DNA of 64,000 nt from Bugula neritina (Eukaryota; Animalia; Bryozoa). Below, one piece after another: positions 58,076 through 64,000 of the stretch. The notes under the pieces are model-generated. The model was not told where the DNA came from. It searched no databases and worked only from the letters and a program-made list of their open reading frames with translations. Position numbers and translations under genes: made by a program. The stretch's first letter is position 1. Each line of letters opens with the position of its first letter. Location of the stretch: positions 8,151,751 to 8,215,750 of the forward strand of contig OZ037773.1 of assembly GCA_964035545.1 (NCBI GenBank), read 5' to 3'.

Positions 58076-59504
58076 GTATAATTTGTCAGACAGTTTACTT
58101 GTTATATACACTATATGCTATATACTACACACTACATTTATAGTATACATACTACAAACTACACACACTATAATACGCTGTATGTATATAAAATACAATA
58201 TTTACGCTGCACCTTCGATACTAAGTATTATACACTATATACTATTTATGTATATACCACATACTGTATAATAATTGCACTATATATAATATATTATACA
58301 GGGCAAATATTGTTATACTATATATTATGTTATATAATGCTGAAACTCATTCTCAAAAGTTATTATAATATAAGATATAGTCTGTAAGTATGGAATGAGT
58401 TTAAAATATGCACATATATAATCCTCGCTAGTGCATATTATTCTTATTAGACAGGTGCTAAAAATATCCTATTCAGCTCAAACACTAGTTCTAGTTATTG
58501 ATATCTGATTAAACAAAAAGGGAGACAAATCTCACACCATCAGCTACTTGTTAGCAAACTTTATATACATTGCACATCAATAGTTGTGCGGCTTTGCTAC
58601 TCCCCCACCTCAGCAGCGCTCTGTAACAACAATCTGAGGCTAACCAAATTGCAGGACTTGGCAAATAATATAATAGCTATAATAAGTAAGGAGTATATAG
58701 AAGAGTGTACACAATGCACTAGAACAAACACGTGTGTGTATGTGTGTGGGTATTAGGTTATATAAGGTACGTAGCGCTCTAGACTTTACACACACTATAT
58801 GTATATAACAAGTATGCGTGGCAGCTATGCATTGCATAGTATAACAATTTGCAGCTAATAATAGCTTTTGCTCTTATCAAGAAAGTTCTTGCTCGTGATT
58901 GGTCTAAAATGTATGCTGCCACATGTACAAGGCAGCGATTGTCAGCCACAACAAAGCATACAGACATATTATTAGCTAGGTTTCTTGGCCTCAAAACCAT
59001 GGAAACAGGTCACTGCAAAGCATCTCCCCCTCCCCCCTTTCTTTCACATCCACCACAGGAAATCCCACTCGGTTCCATTGCTGCTTCATTAGTCACCATA
59101 CTGTCATCAGACAAAGATACCAAAAACTATAGTCCAATTTCTCAGCTGCTACAAGAATTATTACTAAATAGTCTATATAATGTGTACAGTGCATTTGTTT
59201 CAATACAGCAATAGCCAGTGATGTTGGCACATGTCAACAGGTGAGTGTACGTCTGTAACTACAGTGCAGTGGCATACATTAATCAGAGTTGTCCTCTCTG
59301 CTAAAGCTTGATTATATTCATGAGAATCCTATTTCAACATTCTTATGCATTAATGTATATATAATATAATATTGTGTCTTTCATATTCTATAGAATGTAA
59401 TTACTATACGGTATCAGTGATATATACTGTATAGAGTGTAATTAATATACAGTATGATCAGTATTACATACTGTATAAAGAGTAAAACCCACAATACTTA
59501 TGTA

Positions 59505-59506
<2 letters not shown>

Positions 59507-59575
<69 letters not shown>
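59507..59575. repeat. (TA)n microsatellite
   Basis: Direct inspection. Confidence 0.97.
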
Positions 59576-59578
<3 letters not shown>

Positions 59579-60152
59579 TACAGCATAACATGGTATATAG
59601 TGCAGTGTATTGTGTTAGGTTTTACAGAGCCTCTTGTTGGGTTTTAAAGTTGCCTGTCTCAAATAAGCTATTCCAGCTTGAATGCCGCAAAACATCTTTT
59701 GTGAGTGTATTTATAGAACTGAGCTGCTCAGTCTGGTTTGAGGGCAAATTCTTTCCTGGGTGTTATATTATAGTCAGAGGTGTTTTGGTACTACTAGAGA
59801 TAGATCAGAGGGAATGAGAATTTTAGTTTTAGTTATTTCAACACTGGTAGCAGTCGATTCAGGTTTGAGCATGCAATGCTGCCGCTGCTGCTACTGCTGC
59901 TGCTACTTCTGCTACTACTTCTGCTGCTTCTGCTGATATTGCCATAAGAAATGTGAGAAAATAGACTCACTAGAATACTAAGCTGTTAGCACATCTCAGA
60001 GCCTGTGGTAAATTTTGCTGCCCATTAGATTGCTAGTCATTCAAATACCAGACAGCTTTATTAAATCAAGATGTAAAGAAACTACTGTGGATTACTCTTT
60101 ATGTAAAATAGAAATCAGCTGTGGTTATCCACAGAACTATGCTAGATTGGGC

Positions 60153-60256
60153 GTGTGTAGTCTGTAGTGTGTAGTCTGTAGTGTGTAGTCTGTAGTGTGT
60201 AGTGTGTAGTGTGTGCGGTGTGTGTGGTGTGTGTGGTGTGTAGTGTGTAGTGTGTG
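60153..60256. repeat. (GTGTGTA/GTCTGTA)n heptamer array
   Basis: Direct inspection. Confidence 0.9.
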
Positions 60257-60404
60257 CTCGGGTGAAATACAGTACACTACATTACGATACTTTATCTTAC
60301 TGGGTACATTTTGGTATACACATATATCTTACATAATATTACGCGGCATACAGAATAAGAGTGGCATTTATATAGCTGTTCATTTTAATAATCTTAATTG
60401 CTGC

Positions 60405-60488
60405 ATATATTCTAATGCAATGTATATATTCTAATGCAATGTATATAGTCTAATGCAATGTATATATTCTAATGCAATGTATATATTC
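60405..60488. repeat. ~19-bp minisatellite (TATATTCTAATGCAATGTA), 4 copies
   Basis: Direct inspection. Confidence 0.9.
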
Positions 60489-61359
60489 CATATATCTATA
60501 AGGCAGTGTATATAATTATTCTGATGGTAATAAGGTATGGCATATAGTGCCAAATGTGATTATTTCAGCTTTGCATAAACTAAATGGGGAGGAGGGGAAT
60601 GCATTGCACTAGTTACCACGCAGAGAATACGTAAACTCACCTTATAAACAACATCATGCAAGCATTAGAAGGCTGCACGCCAGTTCCACATATATAGTAA
60701 ATATCACGCATGTGTTCAAAGCTTAAGCAAATCTATTCTCTACAGTTACAATAAGCTGAGCTTTACTAAATCATGATTTTATTACCCAATTACAGCGGCC
60801 AACTAGCATGCAGGGGAATGCACTGTTATAATTAGATTAAGGGAGCAGATTGTGAGTGTTGAAATCTAGGAGGAGCGTGGGTGGATTAGTATTGTGCAGT
60901 GATGCGTGCAGCGTAGAGCTAGCAATGTGTAGGAGTGAGAACTATGCCTTGGTGTAACACCATCAGCTCTGTAGTTGGTCTCTTTTCAGCTAGCTTTGCT
61001 AGTCATTAGCTGGATTACACTTTAGATAGAGTTGGCTGCACCATTACATTACTAGACGCTTAGGTTCGTACCTTATTACATAACTTCTGTAGGTATGTTT
61101 TCCTTTTGGTATAAAAGATTTGGGTTTGTGGAATTTTTAGTAGACTAGTAAGTGACTAGTTGCGTGAGTTTATAGATTAAGTTTTCGAACCAAAAGACCC
61201 AAATTTTATGCAATCACCAATTGCCAAAGCTGTGAAAGTTTCACTGGTTAGCATCTAATTTGGTGCAGTGGGTTTCACCATCTGCAGTATTGCACTTAGT
61301 TGTAACATTGTAACTGGACTGCTTTTTTCAAAAATTGACCAGGAAGGTAAGATAAGCTA

Positions 61360-61595
61360 TAGTGTTGCTACCTTATAGACGCTCACAAATGTTTATAGTC
61401 ACCATCCCTCTGAGAACACCTGAGGGAAAGGTTTTTTCTAAAGCGGGCTAAAAACTTAGTCAGATGTGGCACAGGAGTAATTATGACTGGATGTTCTTCC
61501 TAACATCACCAGCGGCTTTTATTGGGATTCGAACCCATGACTTCTTGTTTGCTAAGCCAACATTCTAAAGTCTAACCCCTAGACCATGGCTATAG
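61360..61595 (-). mobile_element. tRNA-derived SINE, degenerate copy
   Basis: Minus-strand A box TGGTCTAGGGG (61576-61586) and B box GGTTCGAATCC (61525-61535), then GGTGATGTTAGGAAGAACATCCAG; no tRNA acceptor stem; 3' boundary approximate. Confidence 0.7.
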
Positions 61596-64000
61596 ACTGT
61601 ATAACACACACTATACTGAGCATAACCACCCATATTACATCTGCTATGCAACTCTTGCAAAGTCTGTATGGGTGCGTATTGCTGCCAAAACTGCTGCTGC
61701 CCAGATGCTCATTATTGGTGAGATGTTAGGCAGCATAAACAAAGCTAAGTGCAACCAGTACTCTCACTTGTACTTAGTCTACACGTATTTGTCTTATGTC
61801 ATGTTTATGCAGGTGGGTTTGCACCACCTGCATAAATAACATATTTATTATGTAAGGATAATTATAGAGGTGGTTGCGTATGGCCACAGTTACACTGGTA
61901 TAATATGCTTAGTATGTACGCATGGTGTAAGATTGCACTGGTATAAAAAAGGCGTATAATGTATTATTGAAGTATTGCAGATCACTTTCAGTTAATCAAC
62001 TTTTTGCAGCCCGTGACGTAGTGCAAGCTCATCATGCCATAGCGGTTTACCTCTCTTTAACCTCTTCACTTGTACTCTATACACAATATATCAACACGCA
62101 AATGTCTAACATATATTTGCATGTTGGTTTATGTGTATTGCATCCACTGTTAGCTCATTAGGTGGCATCTAAGTTCTATATACAATCGCTATACCGTGAG
62201 GCTGTTCACTAGCCATTTCCTAGCCTTTTGTATTGACTAATGTAGTTGCCTAATTCTTTTAGTTTTATCCCCATTATTAGGACTAGAAAATCAAACAAAA
62301 TCTCAGTTCAATTATTTCGAACAATTAGACTTTGAAGGAAGTACAATGGCTGTGTAATAAGGGAGAGCATAGTAGTGTATCAAATGGAATAGCTGTTGTA
62401 GAGTAGGATTTATACAACTGTTAACACATGTAGATATCAAACACTGCACTGTGGGATATGCATACAGGCTAACAAATGCTGATAGTAGTAAAGTTGAGTC
62501 TATCTAGAATGATAAACTTGGTTCATTTAGTCAGCTTGTGTTGAACTCTACTAAACCTTGACCGTCTCCCTACTCTGCCCCTTTTTCTCTTTGAGAAAGC
62601 CTTCTGATTATTTAGCAGTAATTTAATCAGATCAGCTGCCCCTAGCAGCGGTTTCCTGCAGCATTAAACTTTCCTCCAAGTAACCTTCTAGTCAAGGTCA
62701 TGTAAAGGTGGCAGCAGAGTATTATTTTAGGCTGGTGTACTTTCTGAGTCAATCAAGGTTATTGGGTTATAATGAAGTGTCATCAAATTAATTGTCATCT
62801 GCCAGCTCATCAATGTCATCTACGTAGCCTCAGCTTTATGATGAGTGAACATGGAAATAAGGCAAACAACCCACCACCCCACTAACGTCATCAGTATAGC
62901 CCTAGTTTTGTGAGCAGTTAAATACAGATAGAAGGATAATTTCTGCATCTATTTTGGTTCTCTACATGCAGATGTTTTGTGATGTAAGGATTTGAACTTT
63001 GGCTTGGAAGATCCAATTCTTTGGCAGAGTAGGCCAATACTACTTTGTATCACCCAAAAAATGGTGGGATAGTTTCTATGCTAAATCTTACCTGCAACAG
63101 GGTAAGCTAATGCTGTTAAGGGACAACGAACTGATTATTTGAGTGATAAGATGAGTCACATTCTAACTCTCTCTTAGAATGTTCTGGCACCTGATTAATT
63201 TTTCAGTCCGAAGTTTCCTCTTATTCTAAAAAAAATTCGGTTGTAGTTTTAATGCCTATTAGATTTTATAGGAATTAAACTAAGCAATACATAGGTATAG
63301 ACTATAGTTCATCACAGTTCAAAAGTCAAACTCCTTTTTCCCTAAATAATTGAATGCATTGAAATTAACTGGCTCAAAGCAGGTATTTCAGTAAATCCCA
63401 AACACACCAAGTAAAAGCAATCAAACTTTTCCAAGTTCCGATCAGGTGATTGTCTATACCTGGACCTAATGGTGGGACAACTCCTTGTCATCAGTTAATT
63501 GCTGCTATGCTATAGAATATACAAGCATGGGTTTTTGCTTTCTTTGCATAATAAATATCAATTTAATCAAATTAAACTCGCTACAACCTCAACACTAGTG
63601 TTTTTAGAGAAATTATAATTTGCCCTGTTTTACAACAAAACTTCTCACTTTAACTGATTAGCATTCGAGTCAATTTTATACTCAATTCATCTAACTCTTA
63701 TACGAGGGCTGCTTTGCACTACAATCTGCATACTATCAATATAATTATTATACTCCATAATATACAGCATAGAGTACTACTATAACTCTATGCTGTATGT
63801 TAGCTAGTTCCTAGGAGCGTAATTACCTTGTAACCATGGTTACATTGGTTTTATTTCACTAGAATGTGTTTTAGCCCTAGTAGTGAGTAGAAACAGGTAA
63901 AAATGTATTAAAAACTATTTCAAAAGTTGTTGTTTTAAGCACAGTGATGGCCAAGTTGTGAACATTATTTGCTGAGTGAAATGTTATTTCTTTTCAATTC

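Noticed and set aside
58849-59214. 121-aa ORF
   Set aside because: Non-ATG start, no domain signature, no convincing splice sites.
61520-61595. tRNA gene
   Set aside because: A/B boxes are present but I could not build an acceptor stem or cloverleaf, and the sequence continues into a SINE-like body.

Overview
AT-rich, intron-rich animal (invertebrate) genomic DNA; the species cannot be fixed from sequence alone. Bases ~3.5-42 kb hold seven densely packed genes, assembled here by hand from GT-AG exons with consistent reading phase: (1) a secreted heme peroxidase of the peroxidase-catalase (APX/CcP-like) superfamily (minus, 10 exons), (2) SYVN1/HRD1 (minus, 16 exons), (3) a PPP1R14/CPI-17-family PP1 inhibitor (minus), (4) an LRP11-like MANSC+LDLa receptor (plus), (5) EFCAB2/DRC8 (minus), (6) a single-exon ankyrin protein with a Lys-rich tail (plus), and (7) an unrecognised ~300-aa single-pass membrane protein (minus). 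Bases ~42-64 kb contain no recognisable coding exons, only micro/minisatellites, a tRNA-derived SINE and some hairpins. The most notable signal is the peroxidase. It keeps the proximal His/Trp/Asp and the distal His/Asn, but the catalytic distal Arg is Gln and the Asp after the distal His is Thr (QLVFHTC versus RLxFHDC). It also has a long F/N/Q/G-rich N-terminal extension, so it may be a re-purposed secreted heme protein. A second theme is a possible RFX/X-box-controlled ciliary mini-cluster around EFCAB2. All gene models are manual predictions without transcript support.
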